Origin: Podarcis gaigeae
Taxonomy: Eukaryota
DNA length: 64,000 nt
Assembly: GCA_964106915.2 (NCBI GenBank)
Contig: OZ066924.1
Strand: one strand, 5' to 3'
A program made the translations under genes and the position numbers. Under the pieces are notes generated by a model, which had not been told where the DNA came from, ran no database searches, and saw nothing but the letters and a program-made list of their open reading frames with translations. Shown here piece by piece: positions 52,660-64,000 of this stretch (positions are counted from its first letter, which is position 1; each line of letters starts with the position of its first letter).

Positions 52660-54740
52660 GTAGGGGTGGGGAACATGCCTTCTAGGGTAGTTTGTCCACC
52701 TTTGGTCCCCACCCTTCACCCAGCTCTCACCTGTGGCTCCTAGAAACTGTCAGCATGCGACAGCTGCCACACCCTGGAAGACAGCTTCAAACTGGCAAGC
52801 AATAATAATAATAATAATAATAATTTATTATTTATACTCTACCCATCTGGCTGGGTTTCCCCAGCCACTCTGGCAACAAAATATTAAAATACAGTAGTCC
52901 ATCAAACATTAAAAGCTTCCCTAAACAGGGCTGCCTTCAGATGTCTTCTAAAAGTCTAGTAGTTGTTGTTCTCTTTGACATCTGGTGGGAGGGCGTTCCA
53001 CAGGGCGGGTGCCACTACTGAGAAGGCCCTCTGCCTCGTTCCCTGTAACTTGGCTTCTCACAGTGAGGGAACTGCCAGAAGGCCCTTGGCGCTGGACCTC
53101 AGTGTCGGGGCAGAATGATGTGGGTGGAGACATTCCTTCAGGTATACTGGACCGAATCCATTTAGGGCTTTAAACACTTTGAATTGTGCTCGGAAATGTA
53201 CTGGGAGCCAATGTAGGTCTTTCAAGACCGGTGTTATGTGGTCTCGGCGGCTACTCCCAGTCACCAGTCTAGCTGCCGCATTCTGGATTAGCTGTAGTTT
53301 CCAGGTCACCTTCAAAGGTAGCTCCACATAGAGTGCATTGCAGTAGTCCGATCGAGAGATAACCAGAGCATGCACCACTCTGGCAAGACGGTCTGTGGGC
53401 AGATAGGGTTTCAGCCTGTGTACCAGATGGAGCTGGTAAACAGCTGCCCTGGACACCGAATTGACCTGTGCCTCCATGGACAGCTGTGAGTCCAAAATAA
53501 CTCCCAGGCTGCGCACCTGGTCTTTCAGGTTACCCCATTCAGGACCAGGGAGTCCTCCACACCTGCCCGTCTCCTGTCCCCCCAAAACAGTACTTCTGTC
53601 TTGTCAGTATTCAACCTCAATCTGTTAGCTGCCATCCATTCTCCAACCGCCTCCAGACACTCACACAGGACCTTCATCACCTTCATTGGTTCTGATTTGA
53701 AAGAGTGGTAGAGCTGGGTATCATCCCCATATTGATGAACACCCAGCCCAAACCCCCTGATGATCTCTCCCAGCGGCTCCATGTAGATGTTTAAAAGCAT
53801 GGGGGAGAGGACAGAACCCTGAGGCACACCACAAGTGAGAGCCCAGGGGTCTGAACACTCACCCCCCCCACTTTCTGAACACGGCCCAGGAGGAAGGAGC
53901 GGAACCACTGTATAACAGTGCCCCCAGCTCCCAGCCCCTCAAGATGGTCCAGAAGGATGTTATGGTCAATGGTATGAAAAGCCGCTGAGAGATCCAGCAG
54001 AACTAGGAAACAGCTTTCACCATTGTCCCTAGCCCTCAGGAGATCATCGACCAGTGCGACCAGTGTGACCAAGGCAGTTTCAGTCCCATGTTGAGGCCTG
54101 AATCCTGACTGGAAGGGATCCAAATGGTCCACTTCTTCCAGGCATGCCTGGAGTTGTTCAGCAACCACTCGCTCAATCACCTTGCCCAAGAATGGAAGAT
54201 CTGAGACTTGGCGATAGATATTGGCAACATCTAAAGATGGTTTTTTAAGAAGCGGTTTGATAACTGCCTCTTTCAGCGGGTCTGGGAAGGCTCCCTCACA
54301 GAGAAAAGCATTCACCGCCCTGCGAAGCCCAGCCCTTCCCAGCTAGCTTTTATAAGTCAGGATGGGCAAGGATCAAGGATCAAGGTGGTTGGTTTCACTT
54401 GTCCAAGCTAAGCCAGGAGAAGGTAGTTGATGGGTCTCAAACCGCTTATGAGTTAGGGACTGTGAAGACATGCCCCGGCAGATTGAACTGATGAGACCAA
54501 TAGTGGATCCAGTGGTCAAGAAGGTGATTTCTGCAAGTGCTGTAGAGGGCAGATGGGGCTTGTCAACCTGGAAACGTAGCCCATCTAGGAGAAAGAAGAC
54601 TTTCCTAAACCTCCACTGCCTTGCAGGATATCTTTGGGAGAAGAAAAGACTGAGGAATAAACACTCCACAAATCCAGAGTGGAGTCCCTAAGACAGTTGG
54701 ATGGTGCCTTGTCTGCCTCCTTTCGGCAACTTCTTCAGCA
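52660..54740 (+). mobile_element. RTE-clade 5'-UTR-like element (52660-52800 plus 54404-54740) split by an L2 insertion
   Basis: The two flanks join into one sequence colinear with 13262-13480. The motifs gcccatctaggagaaag...aaacctccactgccttgc...aaatccagagtggagtccctaag resemble vertebrate RTE 5' regions (from recall, not a database search). Confidence 0.5.
52801..54403 (-). pseudogene. L2-clade LINE, 5'-truncated, with a frameshifted reverse transcriptase
   Basis: Three overlapping minus-strand ORFs give PLLKKPSLD, LDPFQSGFRPQHGTETAL, LLDLSAAF, GVPQGSVLSP, YGDDTQLY (YADD mutated) and LQLIQNAAARLV...LHWLPV. The AAT-rich tail is at 52801-52830. Confidence 0.95.
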
Positions 54741-56905
54741 CATGAACAAAGCATGGAATAATTATGAATGAAATGTACTGATCAATAGCATTTACTTTGA
54801 ATGCTGAATATGAATTTTGTCAGTGTAGATGAAGAACAGTTCTTAACTTGCTAAAAATAGACCATGAATCAAGCAGATAAACGGGCAACCCCCTCAGATT
54901 TTAATTATTTACAGATTCAACAAATACAGTGCCAGTTTTCTGACTTCTAGGCCATGTAAACTAGAGATAGGAATAATCCCTGGGCTTGGAATATTGAATA
55001 TTCCCAGGGACCTCCTCAGGTTTTAGCAATGGTTCTTTAAACAAAAATGGCTTATCTCTGGCAGCAGTCTGACAAAACTTGTGTGGCTTCTTCAAACTGA
55101 AAAATAAAATACAGGTACTTATAGAAAGGAAACAGAAAAATGCTTTTCACTGGAGCTGAAGTCTAAGTTTATAAGCCCAGTGATGATCCTTCATCATGCA
55201 TAACCCTGCGATATAAGGATTTGTCTTTATTTTATATTAAGGGCCATTATTAACACATGTAAAGCTGACATTAGGAAACGTTCATCACAGTTAACATCCC
55301 TCTGAACTGTTATAAAAACCTTACTCTGGTTGCTGATGTGACAAAATGTTTTTTTTCTTCCCAGTCTTAGGATTTAAAACAGGAAAATTTGACAATGAGA
55401 ACCTTGAATAAAATTAATCCACATTTGGAAACAAGATTCAGCTAAATAACTTTTCTTAAGGGGAAGTAGAGAGATATTTTCTGTTTACTTGCAATGATGG
55501 AGCTATGCTAAAGCCAAGATGCTTGAATAATTTTGTCTTTCTGAGTTCCAAATGCAAACTAACTCAGAACTTAGTTATTCACCAGCTTTCCTACTCCCTG
55601 ATGTTCTGATGCAACTTTCAGTTTTAAAAAAGTTTTAAAACGGCTATTTTCAGCTAAAATACACTGAGAAATAAATATTTTGAGTGAATAATAGTGTTGA
55701 AATGCCTGTTTTTATTTTTATTTTTTTAAGATCACAGATTGATGCAGAAACAAGAGGGAATGAACATGAGTGAACACCTGTGAAAGCAATATAGCCTTGT
55801 TCATCCATCTGTAGTTGAAGTCCAGAACATTTTCTTAATATACCCAATCTCCATGCTGGCCTTAGGTATGTAGTATATGATGGGTACAATTGCACTTTAG
55901 TAGCTACGAAAGGTGTATGCGCCTTGGTTTCAGTCATTCATCTATAACTACATAATATTTAGGCTGGTTGTCTGGCTATAACTCAAAGCTTGAACAGAAA
56001 GCAAAAGTTCATGAGTCATTATGAGCCAATCACAAATCTAAGAAGGCCTGTCAACATACTGGGGTGGTCAAAGATGTAACTGTAAATAAAGAACTCCTAA
56101 ACAGCATTTTGTGGGATCTGGGTAAATTAGATTTTGAATAGGTCTCTGAACACAGATATATCTGCATAGACATACAAGAATTATATTTTTAAATAAAGAA
56201 GTAAACCCAATGTAAAAAGCCTATCAGAAAACTTGTTTAATAAAGTACTAAATCAACAGAAAGATGCAGGTAAAACCGGTTTTCTGTTAATGTCTGGGTA
56301 AGTGTTATGAGGGACAGAAAGAAGTTTTTAAAATTCTGCTTTGTTGATGGTAAAAACTGTCCAGGAGTAAAGTATCCACTTTTAACATGAATTTAAAATG
56401 AATTGTTTATTTCTATGGACAACACTATTTGTCATCAAAACAATAACCGAAGCCTTCCAAATCTACTAGAGAAGTTAGAAATATATTCAGATTGAGAAAG
56501 AAACTACACTACTAAAACTTTATGAATTCTCTATTTCAGCTGTGCCGTATATGAACTATAGCCCTAGCTGGTAATTTTCCAGCTGCCATTTTATAAAATT
56601 CACAGTTATGAGTTTTTGTATTCAAGAGCAGGGTTCTTTAAGATAGTGGGAAACGAGCTCAGTAACTGCTCATAGACACAGTATTGTAAAATTATCATAT
56701 TTCTGCAATAATCTCTTTGATTTGACTATCCTCCCTGCAACCACTTATCTACCTTATTTGAAAGTGATTCATGCGCATGTAACCCAGGACACTTTGTATA
56801 TAAATCTATTTTTAGATTACTTATCATAAAAATCAAACAACCCAAAACATGTCAGCTAACAGGGAAAAAGAAAGCCCCTCCTTCAACTGAGGAAGCCTTA
56901 CTCAC

Positions 56906-57160
56906 TAGGGTAATACAAAACATTCCATGGTGTTGCCTCAGCTCGTTATTTATACTTCGTTATTTATGTCTCTTCTTTTCCCATTCTTTTCTCCGTAGTT
57001 CACATAAGTTTTTGAAATGCTTGTACGTTGCAGCCGTGTATCCCACAATTTCTGCGTAGGCCAAACATCCCCATCACAAACAAAACGGAATGAAACAAAA
57101 TCCAGAAAGTACAGAATTCCAACACGTTCCCAAACGATCAGAGTCCTGCTTCACATTCTT
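56906..57160 (-). promoter_or_regulatory. Candidate alternative first exon with start codons and a strong donor
   Basis: Repeat-free and CpG-retaining. The minus strand ends ...caacaccATGGAATGTTTTGTATTACCCTA|gtgagt. A TATA-like tatttaaa lies at about 57165-57175 and a FOX motif TGTAAACA at about 57272. The 5' boundary is a guess. Confidence 0.4.
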
Positions 57161-58027
57161 GTTCAATTTAAATAAACTAAACTCCACTTAGTATACTCTC
57201 CCCTAATGGGCACCCCCACTGGGGACTTTGTGAGATTACCACTACGGACAAGGCCTCGCTGCAGCTGGATATGTAAACAAGTCCATAATCCATTTGAAAG
57301 AACTCTCACAGTTTGGCAGAGCTCGCCGTGTTGTTAACATACTGTGCCAAAGCAATAACAAAGGCATCATTTTAAGTTTATTCATGGACTCGTATTAATC
57401 AAGAAATTTTCCAGAAATCACTTGTAAACGAGGGACCTTCCAGAAATTGACCATTTGAAAAAGAATGTTTCCAGATGACTGTTTGCTTATCTGCAACATG
57501 TTCCTCAAAATAAATCACCGTTTTATCCAAGTTGAATGGAGACAGAAAACACATTGCTGCTGTATAGCATAAGGGAGGTTCTTGTTTGATCTCCACCCGC
57601 TACTTGGGCTCTCAGTGGCTACTTCCACTCCCAGTTAGAATTTAGGTCAGAGTTCTCATTGCACAGGAGGTGGCCAGAGATATTTCTGGCAATACATTTA
57701 AAGGATACAAAGTGATGGATGCCAAACTGTAATCCTATGTACAATAGATTTGTATCGTTCAGCAGACACGGCCCAAATTCTTTTTGCCTTTATATTTTCA
57801 TTGCTGATTTTAGCCTCATTAAAATTAGAATCTTGCTCAGGCAGTTTGCCTTCCGTAGCACATATGGTGATCACAGTATAATCGTTCTCTAATAGTTAGA
57901 GTGGAATATCGGAATACTTAAATGCCTACTATTATGCAATAAGGAGGCTATGCAACTTTTTCCTTATCCTGGAGCAAGTCAATGACTCTAGCCTCCCCAT
58001 GTCTTAGAGCCTCCCCATGTCTTAGAG

Positions 58028-58345
58028 CAGGGGTAGGCAACCTAAGGCCTGGGGGCTGGATGTAGCCCAGTCACTTTCTCAATCTGGCTGGCAGACGGTC
58101 CAAGAATCAGCGTGTTTTTACAGGAATAGAATGTGTCCTTTTATTTAAAACGCATCTCTGAGTTATTTGTGGGGCCTGCCTGGTGTTTTTACATGAGTAG
58201 AATGTGTGCTTTTATTTAAAATGCATCTCTGGGTTATTTGTGTGGCATTTCGTTCATTCCCCCCCCCCACCAATACAGTCCGGCCCACCATATGGTCTGA
58301 GGGACAGTGGACCGGCCCACGGCTGAAAAAGGTTGCTGACCCCTT
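58028..58345. mobile_element. hAT/Charlie-type MITE with an internal tandem duplication of about 70 bp
   Basis: Ends caggggtaggcaacc / ggttgctgacccct with a perfect TSD tcttagag (58020-58027 and 58346-58353). Confidence 0.88.
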
Positions 58346-59912
58346 TCTTAGAGCTCCCGTTTGGAGACTACTGAAAGCTGCTTCCATGTAACGGTGCTCC
58401 CAGTTGGAGCTGTAAAATGTGCATTGGCTCAGAAGCCTAAAACAGTGGTGGGGAACTTATGATGCTAGACTACAACTTCCATGTGCTCAAGAGAGAATGG
58501 CCAATGGTCAAGTATGATAGGATTTGTAGTCCAGCATCATCTGGCAAGCCAAAGGTTGCCTGCCTGGGATATTAATCAATATCCCCACTAATGCCAGTAG
58601 CAATCAGGCACATGCAAGTAGCAAGAGGCTTACTAATAGACCTGGCCATGCAGAAGCAGTTATTTAATTATAAATCAGCCCATCTCTGCCCCAGTATTTG
58701 ACATGGACCATCAGTTTATACCACATATTCATAAGTTTCATTCAATATGTAAAACCTTCTTTATCTCAATTGTGCTATTTTCTTTAGAAGTGTGACATAC
58801 CTAAGGAATAGTCCTCATTCACTGACATGTTGAACACCCTCCTCCTACAAGTCAAGTATTAATTCAACTTTGGCCTTTGAGACAATGACTTAAATCTTTA
58901 AATAGTACTTATATATTGCTTGATGGAAACTGACAAGTCTTATCTGTTCCATTTAGTGAAGTATTTTGTTTATCACAAAGACTAAAGGGGAGCTATGCAG
59001 CTATGTTCTAAAATAACTTTGCTCTTGGTCAACGCAGCCAAGAAAGAACAAGATTATTTTGGCACATTAAAGCGGTCACATTTACAGAACAGAATAAAGA
59101 GAACTTAAACCAAGTTCTTTCCTCTTTCATGTCACCTGTTCTTTATGTTTTTCAGAATCCTTGACTTCCTTACCCTGCTAAACAATCTGCATTTGTAGTG
59201 AGGTGGAATACATATATATTAGTAACAATACAGCAGTACTGTGATATTTTATTCAACTTTCATACATGCACAGACATAAAATCAGATTGTGGGCATCAGT
59301 CATTACATTGTCACTAACAGTATAATTCCATAGATTTCTACTCAGATGTCAGTCCCACTGGGTTTAATGGTACTGACTTCCAGGTAAGTGTATATAGTAC
59401 TGCAACCTAAGGCTGCAATCTTCTACTACATATTTTGAAGGAAACAACACTCAACTCAGTGGGCCTTAACGTCTGAAAATCCACATATTAGATTGCACTG
59501 CAAAATTCTCTCTTAATGAATCCACATGGATTTATATGTTGCATTCCAAATGCCTCTTACAGGTTAGTTAGCCTTAACTTTCCCTGTACTGATTTCATGG
59601 TAAATCAATAAATAGTTAAACTGGAAAAAATGTTTCATTGCAACTTGAGGTAGGGGAGGATGAGAAAGAATTAGGTGCTTCACTGCTTTTTACATTTTTG
59701 TGTCACCCACTGCTCCCAAGTATTTTTGTGAATCTATGAAGTTACTGGAACTCTCAGAATGCAAACCTTTTATGATGTGGTAACAAGCAAATTTCTACTT
59801 GACATCCTATTAAAAGTGTTTTAGCTTGAAATCTACTGTAGTGTATACTAATTTGGAAGTAAGGTTTTGTGAAATCAGTGGAAGTAAACCTGTTGAGGAT
59901 TAGAAAACTCAC

Positions 59913-60096
59913 CAGTATTTAGTTTCTGCAGATGATACTCATGTTTTAACTGCAGACTATACAAAGTGGAAAAAAGTGTTGTTTTTCTTAAAATTACTGA
60001 AACTGTTACAAGAGATGCTTTTACTGGCTGTAACATAATTTCAACCAGAATTACAACGTACCTTTGTCTCACAACGCGAAGAAATGGAACATATTC
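59913..60096 (-). other. Candidate pair of small exons (60062-60096 and 59913-59956)
   Basis: ccttacttttttag|...AAG|gtacgt, then a 105-nt intron, then ttttccactttgtatag|...CTG|gtgagt. Confidence 0.35.
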
Positions 60097-60752
60097 CTAA
60101 AAAAGTAAGGAATTTGGGAGAAATTACCATTTGAAATATTTTGGCCCTTTTGCAAGGAAGAGGTTAAATCATATTGATTTCTTCTTTGACAATATGGAAG
60201 CTGTTGGCCATGATGCATAGCTTTTGTGCATATAATTTAAACATAAAGTGATTTATCCAACTGATTTCTTGTAGAATCCTGTGGTATACATTTCTGAAAG
60301 GGGGTTTATGCATTTATGATGCACGGTAAATGGTAGTTTAAAAGGTAACATGTGCAATATATTGTATGCCCCTGTCACTGGTATGCATATTCAAGCACAG
60401 TCAATAAATTTCAGAAATTACTATCTCTTCTAGTGTTACTTTTTAGACACTTGGCATGATATCCATAACACTTTTATTGTTACAAAAATGGGGCTTAACC
60501 CACTTTCCCATACATTAGATAGGTCCAGGAGTTGTCTCTGTTTTCTTGTAATGAGAGGGCATTAAGTTTTCATGTTCTTTTTAATGCCTGTTCATTTACA
60601 CAAGCAAAGCATATTGGAAATCAGTAGACCCTGCAGCAGGCAACACAACTGCTCATCCTCCAATGTTAACTTGCCCTTTCATGGATCGCCCCCTTGATAG
60701 CTCCCAGTGCTATCTCCTATGTTGTTCTGGAAGGTCCCTTGACCCTCTAGAG

Positions 60753-61199
60753 CAGGGGTCAGCAAACTTTTTCAGCAGGGGGCTGGTCCACTGTCCCTCA
60801 GACCTTGTGGGGGGGTCAGACTATATTTTGGAGGGAAAAAATGACGCAAGAGCACCATGAGCCCTGGTGGCTGCTTACCTGTGTCTTGTGAGCAGCAGGG
60901 GCTGGTGGCAGTGGAGGGAGAGGAACTATGAGTGGCGCGCGAAAGGGCTCCGGAGAGTGGCTGCTTAAAATGGTGGCCGCTCGAGTGCTGCTGCTGCTGC
61001 TGTTGGCACCAACAAAGGCCAGCCCCCTTCCTCCTCTAGGCAGGGTGGGGAGAAGCCAGGAGGGAAAAGGTGTCGCCACCGTGGTGGGATGGAGAGGGAT
61101 GGAGAGGGAAAGAACGCACACACTGGCGATCCATGTGGCAATTCCTGGACTGTCAATTGGGCCTAATCCAGCCCGTGGACCTTAGTTTCTCTACGCATG
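60753..61199. mobile_element. hAT/Charlie-type MITE with a GC-rich interior
   Basis: Ends caggggtcagcaaact / agtttctctacgcatg with a perfect TSD ctctagag (60745-60752 and 61200-61207). Confidence 0.88.
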
Positions 61200-62059
61200 C
61201 TCTAGAGCAGCTTTTCAGGGGAAACCTGGATGAGAAAATTGGAGAAAACTCACAGATAGTCAGGACCCAACTCCTTTTCAAGCAAATGTTGCAGTCCTAC
61301 ACTGTTTGCTAGTTTTAACTTGCTCAGTGTGCGCCAGTTTTGGCAAACTCTCACTGAATTCTGAGCTCTCTTACTCTCTGTTCAAATTCAAACTCCTTCA
61401 AGTTGACTCCCAGCTCCTGCCCCATGTTCTGCTGGGCATGTCATTCCAAAGGCTGTGGCCCGTGATTCCCATGAATTAAACTCCTTTTTTATGCCATCAG
61501 ATGGAAGATAATGCAGAACTGTAGCAATAGGCAGCTTTACAATAAACAAGAGGCCAAACTGTAGTTGATTCGAAATTTCTCAGAAGACGTTTTTCTGAGA
61601 AAGTTTCTGATTTCCCCACAGCTCCCCAGGAAAAGAGGCATTTTTGCAGATTTGCTCTAAAGGTGGCCCTTCACTATGCACTGGAACAAACCCAGGTCTG
61701 GGTCATTGTGGAGGATGCAAAGTGGCAGCTAGGCTGCTGCCACAATTGTTGATGCTGTTGTCACTTACAGGAGTAGCAAAAATGAAAAAGAAAAGAAAAG
61801 AGAAAAAGAAGGTTTAGGGAAAAAGAAACTGTGCTGTTGCCGGTGGAAATAGTGAAGCCTGCCCCCCCCCCAAGAGATTGTTGGGGGAAATTCCTTCTTC
61901 CACTGGAGAAATTTGGTGATGTGGTTCCCCAAATTTCTCTGTCCAAGAAGTAAGGCAAAGTATTTTGAGAGGCTGCAGTCCAAGCTCACCTAGCTTCAAG
62001 ACAAATTTCTAAGACAGAATTGGTTTATCTTTGGCTCTTCAGATGCCCCATCTTCTCTG

Positions 62060-62530
62060 ATCATTGGCCATGCTGCAACGGCACTGACTTGGACCCCAGA
62101 CTGTGGATGCCCAGTGCACGTGTGCCATGGTGTGACATTATGGCATGTTGCAATGTCATGACTTTGTGGCACAGTGCGTGCGTGCTCTGGTGTGGCAGCG
62201 ACTGGGCCATGGCCAATGCTTCTGCCATGGGGCCTCTACTGGTGCCCAATGAGGCTGCCAGCACATCCCGGAAGCACGTCCACAGCCACAGCAGGACCCA
62301 GTAGAGGCCCCACGGCAGAGGCACAGACCCTGGTCCAGTCACCGCAGCAGTGCTGGAGTTCCAGAGGTAAGGCAGCAACAGCAGCGAGCAGATTTTTGGG
62401 GGGAGCCTGGGCCCCCAGGACCCCCTGGAGATGGCACCAGTGTCATGCTGACTAGGGCTGTTGGGACTTGGAGTCCAACCAAATCTGGAGTCAGCTGGGT
62501 AGGGGCAGCAGGGGGCCCTGCCAGGAGCCA
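62060..62530. repeat. GC-rich repeat with an internal inverted repeat
   Basis: tctgccatggggcctctactgg (about 62221-62242) pairs with ccagtagaggccccacggcaga (about 62298-62319). Confidence 0.5.
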
Positions 62531-62549
62531 TCTTTTTTTGTTTGAGTTT

Positions 62550-62952
62550 GTTGTTGCTTAGTCATTTAGTCGTGTCTGATTCTTCATGACCCCATGGACC
62601 AGAGCACGCCAAACACTCCTGTCTTCCACTGCCTCCCGCTGTTTGGTCAAACTCATGTTGGTAGCTTCAAGAACACTGTCCAACCATCTCGTCCTCTGTC
62701 GTCCCCTTCTCCTTGTGCCCTCAATCTTTCCCAACATCAAGGTCTTTTCCAGGGACTCTTGTCTTCTCATGAAGTGGCCAAAGTATTGGAGCCTCAGGCT
62801 CTGTCCTTCCAATGAGCTCTCAGGGCTGATTTCCTTCAGAATGGATAGGTTTGATCTTCTTGCAGTCCATGGGACTCTCAAGAGTCTCCTCCAGCACCAT
62901 AATTCAAAAGCATCAATTCTTCGGTGATCAGCCTTCTTTATGGTCCAGCTCT
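62550..62952 (-). mobile_element. Bov-B (RTE clade) LINE 3' fragment
   Basis: RVPWTARRSNLSILKEISPE...WRALVHGVMKNQTRLND with a (CAA)n tail. Possible gagttt TSD. Confidence 0.95.
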
Positions 62953-64000
62953 AGAGTTTATAACTTTATTCTAACAAGACTCCTGCCCTGTGCCTCAGAC
63001 AAGCTCTGCATGGATATGTCTGGAGGGCCACAGATTAGCCATTGCTAGTCTAAGACCTATGGTGTAAATGAGCCATGGGTGAGAACTAATCCCCATATTT
63101 ATTTCTGATGCAGTAAGGCATTCACTAGAAGATTTCTTTCACCAATGTTTCATGGTGAATATTTCTTTAGAACCATATCCCCACCACAGCATGTTGACAG
63201 CTGGTGTTTAGCAGCCTATTAATTCTCAAGCTTTTTCCCCTGATGTGGCTAATACTAGCTTTAACTAGATGTCGGCACATTCATAATTAATATTCTTCAC
63301 CATGTGAAATTGACATGACGACTTTACTTCATAAAAAATGAACTTGGGGAATGAGCCTAATTTTGTCCATGTGAAAGTTTCTAGAACTTCTCAATGCCAG
63401 ATATGTAAAATATCTGAATCCTTGTTCCTCCTGCATCTAGTTTTTAGCTCTGTGATGCCTATCTCCTGCTATATCTGTATAGGGTAGGTATATCTTTGGT
63501 AGTGCTAAAGTTGTGAATTTATATGCTGAGATTACTGTGCTGTCCACCTGGCAACAGCTAAATGGGTGTGACTGAATGGGGTAAAGGTAGACAACATACT
63601 TCCTTCAACTCAGGGCTTGGCTAGGCTTGCTGTAAGATAATGCAAGGATAGGAGCACAGATGGCTCCTTCATTTGCACAATATCCCCAAAATTCACAAGA
63701 TTCAGTCTTATGTTCAAAGTTAATCCAATTTTGCGTTAGTTCACCCAATGCCAATTGTTCTCTCTCTTTCCCCTGCCTAACCCTCATCTCCTTTTGATGG
63801 AGAATGGGAATAAAAAGATGGCTATTTTTGGATCACCGTTTTGACATTTATTCTACCACTGCAAGTCTGGTGATGTGAATGTTTATTTACAAGTAATTTC
63901 CATTTAATCCAGTGGGGTGGTTTACATAGAATTGAAGCCCAAAGTTTTAGAAATTATTACAATGGCCTGAAACAAGATAGATGAGATCAAGGCACACTTT

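Noticed and set aside
54486-54525. Hammerhead-like CTGATGA-gacc...ggtc
   Set aside because: The required GAAA after stem II is absent (it reads aagaagg), and no stem I/III closure is evident.
59233-59250. Partial match to miR-101 (cagtactgtgata)
   Set aside because: Only 13 nt match, the 3' half differs and there is no precursor hairpin.

Overview
This is vertebrate, CpG-depleted genomic DNA from a squamate reptile, most likely a lacertid lizard. The assignment rests on several Sauria/Squam1-type SINEs, Bov-B 3' ends, and squamate CR1, L2 and MITE families. The window is mostly non-coding, probably intronic, and contains four assembly gaps. The only clearly recognisable protein-coding sequences belong to retrotransposons: an intact L1-clade ORF2 C-terminus, a frameshifted L2 reverse transcriptase, and Bov-B and CR1 ORF ends. 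A scattered set of minus-strand splice signals suggests the 5' part of a large host gene with alternative first exons or microexons. These lie at about 60.1 kb, 59.9 kb, 56.9 kb, 38.3 kb, 28.9 kb, 17.1 kb, 8.0 kb and 1.5 kb. I cannot name that gene. I see no evidence for a new multi-gene system. The most unusual observations concern element structure: a young L1 fragment flanked by a perfect 84-bp duplication, a 24-nt SINE stub with a 17-bp target-site duplication (TSD), a hairpin-dense GC-rich cassette between 50-bp direct repeats, a MITE carrying telomeric hexamers, an RTE-like 5' module split by an L2 insertion, and several nested insertions.
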